A model generated the notes under the pieces. It saw only the letters and a program-made list of their open reading frames with translations, searched no databases and was not told where the DNA came from. Both the position numbers and the translations under genes were made by a program. A stretch of DNA of 63,905 nucleotides, filler included, from Octopus bimaculoides (Eukaryota): assembly GCF_001194135.2 (NCBI RefSeq). It is 6 parts of 5 records of this genome, joined end to end, with 100 filler letters (N's around TTAATTAATTAA, not from the genome) between each part and the next. Parts side by side here need not be neighbours in the genome. Positions count along the whole stretch, not along the records: positions 1 to 21,086 come from NC_068991.1; 5 more parts are not named here. One strand, given 5' to 3'. Positions 1 through 13,412 of this stretch are shown here, one piece after another (position 1 is the stretch's first letter; each line of letters begins with the position of its first letter).

Positions 1-161
1 GTGAAAGAGTAAAGCAGAGTTCGCCACCACCCTCTGCCGGAGCCTCGTGGAACTGTGGGTGTTTTCACTTAAACATTTCAGAACGCCCGGTCTGGGAATC
101 GAAACCGCGAACCCACGACCGCGAGTCCGCTACCCTAACCACTGGGCCATTGCGCTTCCAC
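1..161 (-). mobile_element. tRNA-derived SINE, 5' portion, cut by window start
   Basis: Reverse complement begins GGAAGCGCAATGGCCCAGTGGTTAGGG with A box TGGCCCAGTGG, B box GGTTTCGATTCC and a TCG (Arg-like) anticodon region. Related to copies at 35280-35480 and 44700-44915. Confidence 0.8.
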
Positions 162-404
162 TATACTGGAATACCAAAGGAGAACTTGAAACTGTTACTC
201 TGTCTTTTACGTAACCGAGTAATTAATACGGAGAGGAAAACTTATGAAATAAGGCAATGGTTATAAATTGATGTAGAGAAATAACTATAAACGCAGTTTA
301 GTAAATCAAGTTTTAAGAAAAACTCCAGGCAAAATACATTGTTAGAATTTAAGGAAAATCAGACAAAGTGGGAAAGAATAAAGCAGAATACAATATCTAC
401 ATAT

Positions 405-490
405 AAGCGTTGGAATGAGTGCTGACGAAAGAAGTTTACTTCCCAACCACATGGCATCTTGAGCAAGTGTTTTTACAATAACTCTGGGCG
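405..490 (+). mobile_element. Degraded SINE family A remnant
   Basis: CCCAACCACATGG...CTTGAGCAAGTGTTTTTAC matches the head of the family seen more intact at 62512-62700. Confidence 0.45.
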
Positions 491-755
491 GAGACTTAGC
501 CAATCTGTTTCTCCATTCGTTCTGCTCCTTCCACCCCCTCTCTCTTTGTATGCCATTCTTTCTCTCCCTCTATATATACTTCCTCTACTCCACCGCTTGA
601 CCGGTATCTAGTGAAGGCAGTGTTGTTATTTTTCGCCCTGCATTTGATCAGACTGGTCATGCTAGTCTGGGCTTCTGCTACGTCCATTAGTTGAGGGATT
701 GAAACGGGTTCAAGATAGTATATGTAAAAGTATTAAAAGGAAAAATCAGAAAAAA

Positions 756-848
756 GTGAAATTAGAATAGTGAAGAGGTGAAATTAGAATAGTGAAGACA
801 TTAGAATGGTGAAGACATTAGAATGGTGAAGACATTAGAATGGTGAAG
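756..848. repeat. 17-bp minisatellite (ACATTAGAATGGTGAAG), about 5 degenerate units
   Basis: Direct tandem copies visible. Confidence 0.9.
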
Positions 849-2238
849 TGACTTCATGTAATGAAAAGAAATGAGAAATGATAAACGACATGATAGATCT
901 ACAAATACATAATTAAAAACGGAGAAAGGTGATAGAGGTTTAGCAAACTTTGTTATACGATTTTATTAAATATTGATATATGACTTCAATTATATAACAC
1001 AAATAGAGTTATACGAATAGGTAGGAGAGAAGATTAGACCGGTGAGAATAGAAAGCTTATGATATATAGACAAATTAGATTCAGATGTAGTGTAGAGGGC
1101 GAGGATAAGACATTGTGTAGTAGAAAGATAACAGACACAAAAAAAGACTCTGGCTCAAATTTACAGATGAAATACTATTCAAAACGTTTGCGAACATGAA
1201 ACGTTCCAAAATTGGAACACAGTGAGAATGCACGTATAGTCTTAAATAATCAATAATAAATATATTTAAGTAAGAAAACTAAGGATGTTTTACCCAGAGT
1301 GAAATGGTGTGTAAACTTCTTTAACGTAGGAACATATTGACAGTTTCTATGTCAAGAGAAAAGCCGAGAAAGATACTGCAGAATGCCTTTAAGTGTGGTA
1401 TGATGTCACGGAGGTAGCTTCTGATAAACAATGGCAGTAAAATAAGTACTTTGATCTAAAGCTCATATGTAACGCGAATTTCTTGCGGGCTGTTGATGAA
1501 ATATTCAAGTGTTACTTGTTTGCGGATGAACTCTCATGCGACGCTAGATTGCTAGACTGTATACCTAAGTAAAAGAGACAGAAAGGGATAACTTCTACAT
1601 TTTATGTGTTATGTATATGTATTTCTCGAAAACTTCATTATAATCTCATTAAAATGAAATGTAGCCCCTCATCGAGACATCTTATCTCCAAGGTTACGCT
1701 TTAGTAGACCAAGAGCAGGAGAGAGACAGAGAGAGACAGAGAGAGAGCTATGAAATAATAAATAAAAACGCGTCTAAACCCCGTTATGTGACACAAAGTG
1801 TCGAATATGAAACATTCCGCTGGAAATATTAAGTTTATGGTCAATAGTTGCCAAACAATTATCACAAAGACATGGTCTTATTTTTAACCATGCAATTACA
1901 ATATAATTTTCCCTCTATTAAAAGCTTGGAAGCCTAAAAACAATATGCACTTTTTTTTTTATAAAGCGAAGGAATTAAGGATCATGTTTAACAATATTGA
2001 AACTAAATAAATATGAATGTATTATTCAGTCAGAAATTCTGGGATGCAAATTTCACTTTTAGTTTTAAAAATTTCTGCACAGAAATCTTGTTGTAAAAAA
2101 TACTTCTGATAAATTCACGTAAGAAAGTCAATGTTTACTGATAATAATTATTAATTACTAAATTATTATTTGAAACTAAACTTTTGTGCAGACATTAATT
2201 TCCTGTGTACTTTTAATTTCGTTTGTGCTCTTTTCAAG

Positions 2239-2270
2239 AATCGTTTGACACACTGCTAAAAAAATATGAG
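2239..2270 (+). CDS. Probable internal coding exon, (E)SFDTLLKKYE, unidentified gene
   Basis: Pyrimidine tract TTTCGTTTGTGCTCTTTTCAAG acceptor, GAG|GTACGT donor, open frame. It ends in phase 0, compatible with the exon at 15527. Confidence 0.5.
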
Positions 2271-5200
2271 GTACGTTTCTCTGGATAACGCTTAAATATT
2301 TAAGCATTTATAATTACAGGTAAGTAAACGTTTCATTAAATAACTGCTAACGAGATAACAATTTCTCAAACTATTAAAGCGTCTTTGGAGGCGACCATTT
2401 GATTAGTATTTATATCACATTTCGATAGAAATTTCCTGATTTTACAAACAAGATTCGTACTCGGAACCTTTATTTAAAAGGAACTCCTAACATTATACAC
2501 CTGGTCTCTGACTGAGCGATGACATTATATATTTACGTTAATTATATTTATTTTTCACGATAAACAAGCACTTTCTTTTAATGTATGCACTAGACTTACT
2601 AACACTTTTTATAACACATTTTTCAAATACTTAGAATATATCTTTCGTAGGCTAGGTTATAGAAACTCACTTTGTCACTCCTGATTAATATATTTTTTCT
2701 CTCAAGCTTAAGCATTCATCTGACGTGAAAAATTATATACACTCTGTAGAAGAAGCTCAGAACATGCTTATAATTTGCTAATGATCAGCATTGGCGTGGT
2801 AGATTTTATAAAATTGTTTAAACAGACGAGATACTAGCAGATGTGAGAACCAGATCAAAATTAAAATAGAACAAAAGATGTTGCTGAATTTTGGAAAATA
2901 TTAATGAGGAGAAAGATATTTTAGTCAGGAATAATTGAATATATATTGTGCCAGAAAGGAAATCAATGGCTCCTACGGGAAAAAAATGCCTAAAGATTCC
3001 ATAGAGTTCTTCAAAAAAATTACTAGAATAAGTTAGTAATCTCAATGGTGACATCAGCTTAATACGGTAGATTCTTCGGGTATATAATTTCAAGTATCTC
3101 GCAAATGTGACATTATTGGTTTATATAAGTATGGTATTGGAATAAAGCTACTGTATATCCAATAAAATGATTTCTGGTGATGTTCTGAGTTTAAACTCTT
3201 GTATAGATTATAATATTATTTTTAAATGCTCACCTCTAAAGATAAAACTAAAATAGTCTAAACATTTATGCTTTTGTCTATACCCCTTAATTATTTACAC
3301 TCTTATATACCTATTAATTATAAGTCTATCCACTTTTTTATGGTTATACGTAATATATCTACGTATATGATATAGCTGGCGAGTAAAGCATCGGTCATTC
3401 ACTTATATCGATCCTAATGTTATGTGTAATATTCGTTTTAAAGATATTTTAAAAAAACTTTCGTTATACAACGGAGCTTAAATCGCGGAAGTATTCCACA
3501 CCGATTTCAATCACATACACAAACATAAAGGTACACACATGCACATACACACGCAGAAACATACACGAACGCACACTCACACACAGACAAACATATACAC
3601 ACGGACTCAGACAAACATACATACACACACAGAACTATTAAGTCAACAAGTGGAAATATTGGAAGACTTGCTGAAGGGTCTACGCAATAGTATGAAATCG
3701 AGGAGGAAGGCTCTGCAAAGCCGCCAGTTTTAGTTCACACCAATGATTGTTAAAATTAATCTATTCATATATTTCAAACTTTGAGATGATATTTGTATAT
3801 TTGTTACCCTTTTGATATTGATGGTGAGTATTAAGTCATCTACTAACTAAACTACCAAATGTTAGTCGCGACAGAGGGAAAATTAAACATACATTGCTTT
3901 AATGTCATTTTCAGGCTAAATTATGGAGATTACATGAGCGGAAGTTAGAAATTACATTTATGATGTATTTGTCATGCATCCAATCGGTTTCTGCCTAACT
4001 GGTTTTATTTACAAGGCTTTTGTTTACTCTAGATTGTGGTAAATATTTTATGCAACGCTGTAGTATTGAACGCGATAGTTACCGATTGTAGAAAGAATTC
4101 TTAACTACTGTGTTACGCCTTCAGCTATACTTCGACAATTAAAGAGTTACTATCTCTAAAGACTCACATAAAAATTAATAGTCTTTAATGCAATGCAATT
4201 ATTTTTTACCTCTTTGTCTATTCTGAAATATATCATACACATAAAAGTCACTAATCACCAAAAAAAAAAAAAAAAGAGTTTTTCTTTGTTTAATATACAA
4301 ATATAAATAAAAAGTGCCAAAAATAATACCAAAAATACAAAATAAAAAATTATTGTTTTCTTGTATAATGTATTTTACATATTTACCAGACATTTATCAG
4401 CTCTTATCACAAGAATAAAATATTGTATAAATGCATCAAAATAGTTTAATCTCGGAATAGTGATAATCATTGTAGATTAGACTGGAGCTTAAATAATTAA
4501 ACTGCGTTCTTAAATTTCCAATCAGCCGCACGATTTTATTGTGAATATTTATGTATAATCTAGCTGCACATTTGTTCAACGTCCAGGAAGTCATATTTAT
4601 ACTCAGAGTTATAGAGATCGGTAGTTAATCTGTATATAAGCGGGTAGGGTCCGGTAGCTGAGTAGTTTGTGATTTGATCACACTTAGGGGCAACTTCAAA
4701 AAAGGTACGTATATTGTTGTATTGATTTGAACAAAGAGATGCGTTTAACATTTGGTAGACATAACATGTATGAAATAACCGTCTAACAACCGCTCCTATT
4801 CTACAATAGTAAGATCAAACCTATATCAGTTTTCACAACATTACCAGGTTTTTCAGAAACTTCAGTAAAGTTCATTCCGTTGTAAACATTCCAATCACTT
4901 GTCTAATAGACCGTTTACTTTTACTTTCGTCGCGCCGGAGAGTATATCAGTATAACAATGATCCATGTATGTTATTAATTACGGCAGAGCCTCCGTTTCT
5001 GCAAATGCTGAAGTCACATGGGTTGACTTCACCATTTCTTCCTCTGAGAAAAAAACATCGAAAATAGGTTTAATGAATTCACACGGCTGCAAGTCAACTG
5101 GTTGCAAATATATGGGTGAATCTCCGGGTCATATTATTTTACGTGTAAATTAAAATAGAAATCCCAAACCTTGAAACCAAAGTTGAATCAACTGATACTG

Positions 5201-5599
5201 TTGTCTCCTTTTCGTCACTAAATCTAGAACAGCCATCAAAATGTTGGAGTAATTGACCTTCGTAAATATCACAAGAGAATACAATACTTATAAATTTTCG
5301 CTGATAATATCAACGTTAACATTGATTCTTGATTTGTATATATACACACGCATGAAAACCCATACATATTTACGCACACAGATACGCAAATACACGCACA
5401 TATACACACACACAGAGATTCGCTAAAAGAAACTGGATAAACAGAAATGAATACATGAGTATTTATATTTTAATCAAAGTTTGATAGGTCGTACGTAGAT
5501 GACTTTCAACCCTGAGTTACTTTTGTAACTTATTTTCGAATAATAACAATAATAATAATAATAATAATAATAATCGTGATAATAATAATCTGCATTTAC

Positions 5600-6075
5600 A
5601 CCCATATGGTGTAAATGCAGATTAAATGATGGTATAAGCTTGTACCAAGTAAAGTAATGCAGGAAGATGGAAAAGTAAAGACACTCTGGGACTATGATTT
5701 TCAGACGGATCGTGGAGTCGAACGTCGTCAGACGCATACTGTCATATTGAATGAATAAGAGAGACAAATACAGTCAGATTATTGATGTAGCCAAACCAAA
5801 TGACATGAATGTTGTGAGTAAGAGAGTTTGAAAAAATCACCAAATACTCCGAATTGAAAATGGAGATGGCAAGACTGTTTGGTGGCTCAATCCTGCTGAA
5901 AATTCAAGACTTATAGCAACTGAAATCCCATGCAAGATTATTGTCTTGCAAAAAGCAGCCTTATTGGGCACAGCGCACATCTTAAGGAAAGTATTATCTG
6001 CCGAAGGTCCTTGTTGTGACTTGACAGATGACTAAAGACTCCGGTGCATTTTTACCTGGGTGTTTTATTCATTAT
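5600..6075 (+). mobile_element. R4/Dong-type non-LTR retrotransposon 3' fragment (RLE domain), degenerate
   Basis: Translates as WYKLVPSKVMQEDGKVKTLWDYDFQTDR...IIDVAKPND...LQKAALLGTAHILRKVLS; preceded by (AAT)n at 5545-5590. Confidence 0.85.
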
Positions 6076-6104
6076 CCTTAAACAACCCTTATTCAGAAAC
6101 ATTT

Positions 6105-6347
6105 TGAGCAGGATGGGTTACTCGACCTGACGAAATTTCTAACTGGGCCCCACCTGCAAGGTCATGCGCTGTTTATCTTGATATGAGATCACCATGTCAC
6201 ACACATGTGGCTGTGATGCATGTGTCTGGTGTACCCTTATCAGACGGGTAGTTATCTTGCGTATACTGGCCTTCATATATTTTACCCCAGTGTCACTTTG
6301 ATGACATGCAGTGCTCTCTCATTCATCAACAACAACACCACCACCAC

Positions 6348-6405
<58 letters not shown>
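6105..6405 (+). mobile_element. SINE family B with (AAC)n/(AAT)n tail
   Basis: Closely matches the reverse complement of 13405-13640; ends TGCTCTCTCATTC followed by a trinucleotide tail. Confidence 0.85.
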
Positions 6406-6406
<1 letters not shown>

Positions 6407-6577
6407 TATGAATATATGCATATATATGCAGATATATGCATATATTTGTTTAGTGTGCGTATATGCGTATGCATATATATGTGTATGTATATACACAAGC
6501 GTAGGTATGTCTATGTGTTTGTGTATGTGTGAGAGTGTGTGAGCGTGAGAATGTGTGAGCGTGAGCGTGAGCGTGAG

Positions 6578-6618
<41 letters not shown>

Positions 6619-8832
6619 GTGCATATGTGTACATGCGTGTGTGTGTTAATAAATATCACCATATTGGAACGTTGCCATATATTTTGATATTTACAAATAG
6701 GAAAAAGAAAAAAACGAAACAGCATGTAAGCGAACTTTAATGAAAAAGTAATAAACGGTGAGTCTATGCTGACCGCTCTCAGTTTTCCGCTCACCAAGGG
6801 AAATATGCTTGCTTTAATAACGGTCAGGATGTGTGCTAGCAGTGATACAAAAAGTTTTGTTTTCTACATAAACAAGCTCGGAAGTTTACCTTTTATTGTA
6901 TAGTTATTTACGTCAAGGCTGTGTAGGGCATATATATATATATATATATGTATCACTCTCTCTCTCTCCCTAAATATATATATATAAATGTATGTGTGTA
7001 TATANNNNNNNNNNNNNNNNNNNNNNNNNNNNNNNNNNNNNNNNNNNNNNNNNNNNNNNNNNNNNNNNNNNNNNNNNNNNNNNNNNNNNNNNNNNNNNNN
7101 NNNNNNNNNNNNNNNNNNNNNNNNNNNNNNNNNNNNNNNNNNNNNNNNNNNNNNNNNNNNNNNNNNNNNNNNNNNNNNNNNNNNNNNNNNNNNNNNNNNN
7201 NNNNNNNNNNNNNNNNNNNNNNNNNNNNNNNNNNNNNNNNNNNNNNNNNNNNNNNNNNNNNNNNNNATGTATGTATGTATGTATGTATGTATGTATGTAT
7301 GTATGCATGCATGCATGCATATATGTATGTATGTATGTATGTACGTATGTATGCATGTATATATGTGTCTGTGTTATTCTCTGTTTGTATGTGCTTTTAC
7401 ACACCGTAATATGTCAAAGTATCGTTTTGAATGCCATATTCACTATCGGATGCCCCGATCTACTTCGTTTGCCTCTCATAGCGACTGGGTAACATTTCGC
7501 CGTTCTCTTGAACTGAACAAATACCAGAAAATATGTTGTCCAGTCTATATACGACGGACTATATACTGGACATGAGGGTGGAAACTTATCCATATAGCAA
7601 TGGAAGGATTAAATAGACGAAACGAGTATATCATCCCGTAGTACACCCTAATTTTAAAATATATACACCCTTGAATTTGAGATGGATACTTACATTATAT
7701 TCATAAAATTATTTCTTACCTTTTAAATTACATCAATCACTAACTCATACTATTTCTCTAATTAAATTTTTTTTATTCTTCCGAAACATTTTCATAACTC
7801 TTTTTCCCAACATCTTTCACATATGCTAGTTTATCGATTCCTTGATTTATTTATTTATTCCACTAAATATTAACAGGCTATAGTAGGTTTCTGATATCGG
7901 ATTAGTAATTATTATTTCGTAATATAATTTTCAGTTGAATTTTCTATTTATATGTAGAAACTTATATAAATTATTCACCGATAATTTGCTATTTGCTTTT
8001 CGGTGATTTTATTAAAACTTCGCTTGAGTACGATGTTCTTCTAAGCTATTTTACGTATTATCTATTGATCGTTCGTTTCACAATATTCCCCATGAAATAC
8101 AATTTCCTTCTTTATTTCTTTCAATTTGTTTCTGTAATAATTTTGCCTGAATTTTATTAAATCATAATTCTTTAAGCCTTTATCCTTAAATTGCCTTATT
8201 TTGTTTTATATTGGCAATAATCCATTATCGATATACTTCAGAGAAACGAGCTGCCTCTGGCACGAATCTCTTCAATGTCTAGGTACTTTAAATATAGTTG
8301 CTATTTTGTAGAACCTAAATATATACATATAAAATATATATATAACGTATATATAGCATTATATATATATATATATATACATGCATACATACATACATAC
8401 ATATACATATAGACATGCATGTATCTATGTATGTGCGTAATATACTCATGTATGTATAAAAATATATATATGAATATATGTGTTTGTGCGTGTATGGTAT
8501 CTCTTAATATATTTATTAGTCGACTGAGAATTTTCATTTACTCTATGTATTTCTGTGTTTATTATTACATCTTATCAATATTTGTGTAAATTTCATTCGC
8601 TGATTCATTTGTTCCCCTTCCACATATTTTATTTTATGAAATCTTTTACATATAAGTGAAACGTTATATTCTATCTAGGCTCAAAAACTAAATTAATGTT
8701 TTTGTTTTGAATATTTTTTTTATTATCATTATGAAACGTTTTTGGTTTTTCTAATGTTTATTGTTTTATGATATATATTTTATCTATCCGATTGTTTACG
8801 TATGCAAATATAGTTTGTTTTGCTCTAGACAT

Positions 8833-9575
8833 TTATTATTATTATCAATATATGTTTGACTTTTGCTTTGTGTGTGTATAAGTTGTCTCCAAGTCTCACT
8901 CAGAGACATCAAGAGACACCGAGTTAGAAGTTCATGTTGGTGTTATGCCTAGGGTGTCAAATATTTAGTTTTGTTCTAGAGAAGGTTTAAGAAAACATAA
9001 GAAAATTGAGTTTGTTTTAAAATTTGAGTTTACATCGACAGTATTTTACGTAGAATATGGGCAGTTCCCATGAGCACTATCTTTTGAATTTCTGCCATTT
9101 TGGGGTTTCCTGCTATCTGAGATGGGTAGCAATCAGCCTCGTTTGCTATCATTCCTAGGGCACTTATGACAAAAGATATTGTTTTAGTCTTCAGTCTTCC
9201 ACAATATTGCGAATTTCTATTTCAAGATCTTTATATTTGCTCAGTTTTTGGTAGGTCTTGACAGATACGTTTATATCAATTGGGACAGTCATATCAATGA
9301 GGAGGCATGATTTTTGTCTGAAGTCTTTCAGTATGATGTCTGGCCTATTTGCGTCTATCTTTCTGTCAGTTTGAATGGTGAAGTTCCAGAGGAGTGCAAT
9401 GTGATCATTTTCAAGTACTGGGGGTGGTTTGTGTTCCCACCAGTTTTTATTATGGGGCAGGTCCAGGTTTTTGCATATTACCCAGTGAATATATTGCGCA
9501 GCTCTATCATGCCTGTTGAGATACTCTGCAGGTGCAAGAAGATTGCACAAGGAGACAACATGATCGATGGTCTCA
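8833..9575 (-). mobile_element. R4/Dong-type LINE 3' end: CCHC remnant, RLE domain, 3' UTR and (TAA)n tail
   Basis: ORF 9191-9550 reads RHDRAAQYIHW...LWNFTIQTDRKIDANRPDIILKD...LIDMTVP. After a frameshift it continues ...LMGTAHILRKILSM* (stop 9030-9032). The 5' part runs into a gap. Confidence 0.92.
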
Positions 9576-9860
9576 NNNNNNNNNNNNNNNNNNNNNNNNN
9601 NNNNNNNNNNNNNNNNNNNNNNNNNNNNNNNNNNNNNNNNNNNNNNNNNNNNNNNNNNNNNNNNNNNNNNNNNNNNNNNNNNNNNNNNNNNNNNNNNNNN
9701 NNNNNNNNNNNNNNNNNNNNNNNNNNNNNNNNNNNNNNNNNNNNNNNNNNNNNNNNNNNNNNNNNNNNNNNNNNNNNNNNNNNNNNNNNNNNNNNNNNNN
9801 NNNNNNNNNNNNNNNNNNNNNNNNNNNNNNNNNNNNNNNNNNNNNNNNNNNNNNNNNTTA

Positions 9861-9954
<94 letters not shown>

Positions 9955-10299
9955 GCCATCACAATCGTCATCCTTATCATCAACATCGTCGTCGTCATCT
10001 TCAGCGTTTTCTGAATACACTTATTAATTTTCCTTCATGTTTTGCCTTCACATGGTTGTCATACACATTTCCAAATTCCGAGTTCTCCTAAAAGTATGAT
10101 GTGATTCCCTCCCTTTTGAAAACTCTCTATCCATGTTACTGTCGACTAATTAATTTTCATTCTTCAGAGATTTGGTCACCAAATAATTATATAATGTTAA
10201 ACAACATCAACTGGAACACCACGGTTTCTTTATTTCTTTAATTAGTCTGTATATTTTCGTCATTGTGTTTAAGCAAATATATATATACATATATATGCT

Positions 10300-10480
10300 T
10301 TTTCTTTTATATGTTTCAGTCATTATACTTCGGCCACGCTGGGGCACCATTTTGAAGAATTTTAGTTGAACGACCCTAGTATATATTTCTTTTAAGCTTG
10401 GTACTTATTCTGTCGGTCGGTACTTTTGCTGAACCGCTGTATTAGTGAACGGAAACACACCAACACCGGTCGTCAAGTAT
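10300..10480 (-). mobile_element. SINE family A, 3' half
   Basis: Reverse complement contains TTGACGACCGGTGTTGGTGTG...GAATAAGTACC...AATGACTGAAAC. Confidence 0.75.
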
Positions 10481-10757
10481 TGCATCTTTCTGTCCAACTT
10501 TCGTCCCGGAAATCCACCATCTTCTTTTACTAAACAGATACTGTAGAATACGCCAAAACCTATCACTTCCCCTTTACTTCTGACGCTAGATACTGCGTAA
10601 TCGCTTGTTGTTCAGTCTCTCAGACACTCACCTTCGTGCAGAGAATGTTAATGAACTAAATTCAATATCTGAGCTTATTTTATAGACATCACTAATGTGA
10701 TACTCATAAAATATAGGTTGAGATAGAATTTAGTTCATATTTACTGTTCTTTTCAGT

Positions 10758-10950
10758 CTAGGGTTACAAGTTTCGTTTGCGAAAAGCATTTCGGTTATAT
10801 TCGTATCATACTTCGATGCAGAACCCAAAGTACAATCAGCTTTAATAAGGGTACACTTGTGTTACCCTCCTATGTGGAATATGGCAATGTATGGTCCTTT
10901 GAACAGTTGTTAGATCAGAAGTATTTTCCAGTAATGCCGAGCAGGCGTTT
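10758..10950 (+). mobile_element. CR1/L2-type LINE reverse-transcriptase thumb remnant
   Basis: FGYIRIILRCRTQSTISFNKGTLVLPSYVEYGNVWS resembles the L2/CR1 motif LGxIxRxFxxRxxxxxxxLYxxLVxPxLEYGxxVWSP. Confidence 0.55.
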
Positions 10951-11194
10951 TTTCGGGGGGAGGGGCTGTAAATGTATAATAAAAATCATAGAGTGAAATT
11001 TGTATAAAGAGAATTATTTAAATGTGGTCAGACAATGTAATTGTAATATTCAATATTAAGTAGAATTCAACAATTTTTGTCTATACTCTTACAATCTTCA
11101 CACCACGCTAATGATTCAAGAAATTAGTCTGATTGTTCAGAGACGGGAGAATAAAAACCATTATGTTGTGATCAGTTGTACCTATCAGACAAAA

Positions 11195-11250
<56 letters not shown>

Positions 11251-11366
11251 GCGTGCGTGTGTGTGTGTGCGCGTGTGTGTATGAATGTATATTGTATTAT
11301 GTATACTCATAAGTACATGTACACACACACATACACACATATATGTATATATCTATATACATACAT

Positions 11367-11426
<60 letters not shown>

Positions 11427-12364
11427 TTACCTAAATACATACATTTAATGCATAATACATATCAATATGTATATACATATACGGATACATATTTAGAACT
11501 ACTCATATATGCACACATGTACATATGTACTTACATACTTACAGTATATATACATACATAAATGCGTGCATACATCCATACGTACATACGTGTGTACGTA
11601 CACACACATACGGAACGTATACATTTGTTAGAAAGGATTTACGTGTCTGTAGGAGTGTGAAATGTACGCCGAAATATTTTAAAGTTTTAGAACAGTTTTA
11701 ACACAGATTCTGTGTCTCTTCTTAATGATCTTACTATTATGATATTAGTAAAGGATTCAGTTTTGTATCTTACCAATTTTTTTGTTTGCATTTTATTCCT
11801 ATTTATTGATGTTCTATCATTTGTATAAAACAAAGAACATAGCGTAATTGGATTAACGAACAATATACATTTTTTTAAAACTACCACACATTCTATAATA
11901 ACAAACAATGTGTAATTTGCCGTGAATTTACTTCCTTCTCTGCTAGACACTGACAACTATATATAACACTTTTGTAACTAGAGACACTACATCTTCTCGA
12001 GCAGATAATAAAGCTTTTAGAAAATTTAACTAGAGAGAAAAAAATACTGTAAAGATGTATTGATGTCTTATGTCGGAAGAAAACCAGAAAAAAATATTCT
12101 AAATGTGAAACAATTTCATCAGTCGTAGTTTATTTCTAGTGTTTCTTTCATGAATACTAATAAACGTAGTATGACAATATATTTAAAGAATTACATGGGG
12201 CTTTTTACTTTCACACTTCCGCAATCAATAAACATATTTTGCCAAATACTGTGGTCCATATTATTGGTTAACTGCATTTTCTGAAAATACTTTGACTTGT
12301 GTTTAATGTTAGATACTCGGATAAAATACTTTAAAATTATATGTTCTCATTCTTAACAATCTGC

Positions 12365-12545
12365 ATTCAAATCCCAGCGAGCTGGAAAAATCTTCAGCGC
12401 GCCAAACAAAATGTTTTGCGGCATTTCTTCCCGACTTACGTTCTGAGATCAAATTCCGCCGAGGTTCACTTTGCCTTTCATCCTTTTGAGATCTATAAAC
12501 AAAGCATCAGTTGATCACAAGGATCGATTTAATCCATTAAAAACA
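12365..12545 (+). mobile_element. SINE family C
   Basis: TTACGTTCTGAGATCAAATTCCGCCGAGGTTCACTTTGCCTTTCATCC; same family as the array at 49030-50075. Confidence 0.8.
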
Positions 12546-12629
12546 TGCCCCGAAATTACTGGTCAAAATAAAACGCTTCTGTTTGTAATTATCTTTATTA
12601 TTTATTCATTTTATCTCACTTCTTTTTAT

Positions 12630-13359
12630 AACTCCTGCAGTCTTCTATACGTAGCGTGTTCGCTGCCTGCAGCCTACAATATCATGCTATCCGTTCTTTT
12701 CAACTATCAAATAATTTCCTGATTATTCTAGCTGTGCCAAGGAGGCAAATCTTTTGTAACAGTTCTGCTGGACACTATTCCAATTTCCTTTATATTCCTC
12801 TTCATATATTCTGATATACTTCCTGAGGACCCAAGACTAATTGACTCTATCTTCACTGTCTGCGTTTGCCTTAGCCAGGCTATTTTTCGCCTTCCTTCTT
12901 GACTCTTGACTATACATGGGGGTTGGTCAAAGAGGCAGGCAACATCAACTACGTGGCACATGTGGTGCATCTTATCAACCACCACTAGCTCATATCTGTT
13001 ATGCTCTAGCATCGGATCTCTCTGGATTGGGGAATACCAGGTGAGTTTGCTGGTTTCCGTCTCCACCACTCTCTGCGGTTTTTGCTCCTGCCACCTCTTG
13101 CTTCGATCTAGCCCCAACATTTTGCATATTCTCGGATGTAGCACTTTCGCTACCTCATCGTGTTGCCATAACTTTTAACGGTTTTGGTCAGGTACAGGTC
13201 ATTCGTTCACGATATCGGCAATGGTTTCGTCCACGGTATTACAGATGCGGCGCAGCGGAAACACTTGCGCATTCCTAAGGTTGATCCCACAATTCTTGGC
13301 TAAAAATTGAACTTGCGCTAGTATCCTCTTCCTCCTCCTCCTCCTCCTCCTCCTCCTCC

Positions 13360-13412
<53 letters not shown>

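Noticed and set aside
1-161. tRNA-Arg gene
   Set aside because: A and B boxes are present, but there is no complete cloverleaf and the sequence continues into a SINE body.
2707-2781. Alternative terminal exon LKHSSDVKNYIHSVEEAQNMLIIC*
   Set aside because: An acceptor-like site and a short frame only; expected by chance in this composition.
2818-3100. Integrase or Penelope-like coding relic
   Set aside because: Only vague residue similarity; no diagnostic motif found.
4985-5045. EGF-domain exon (GRNGEVNPCDFSICRNGGSA)
   Set aside because: Only two of six cysteines, a stop soon after, and no splice sites.
6127-6150. CTGACGA resembling a hammerhead core inside SINE B
   Set aside because: No stem II or GAAA follows.
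6250-9030. SINE B as the partner of the (TAA)-type Dong LINE
   Set aside because: Both have TAA tails, but I see no shared 3' sequence between SINE B and the LINE 3' UTR at 8833-9030.
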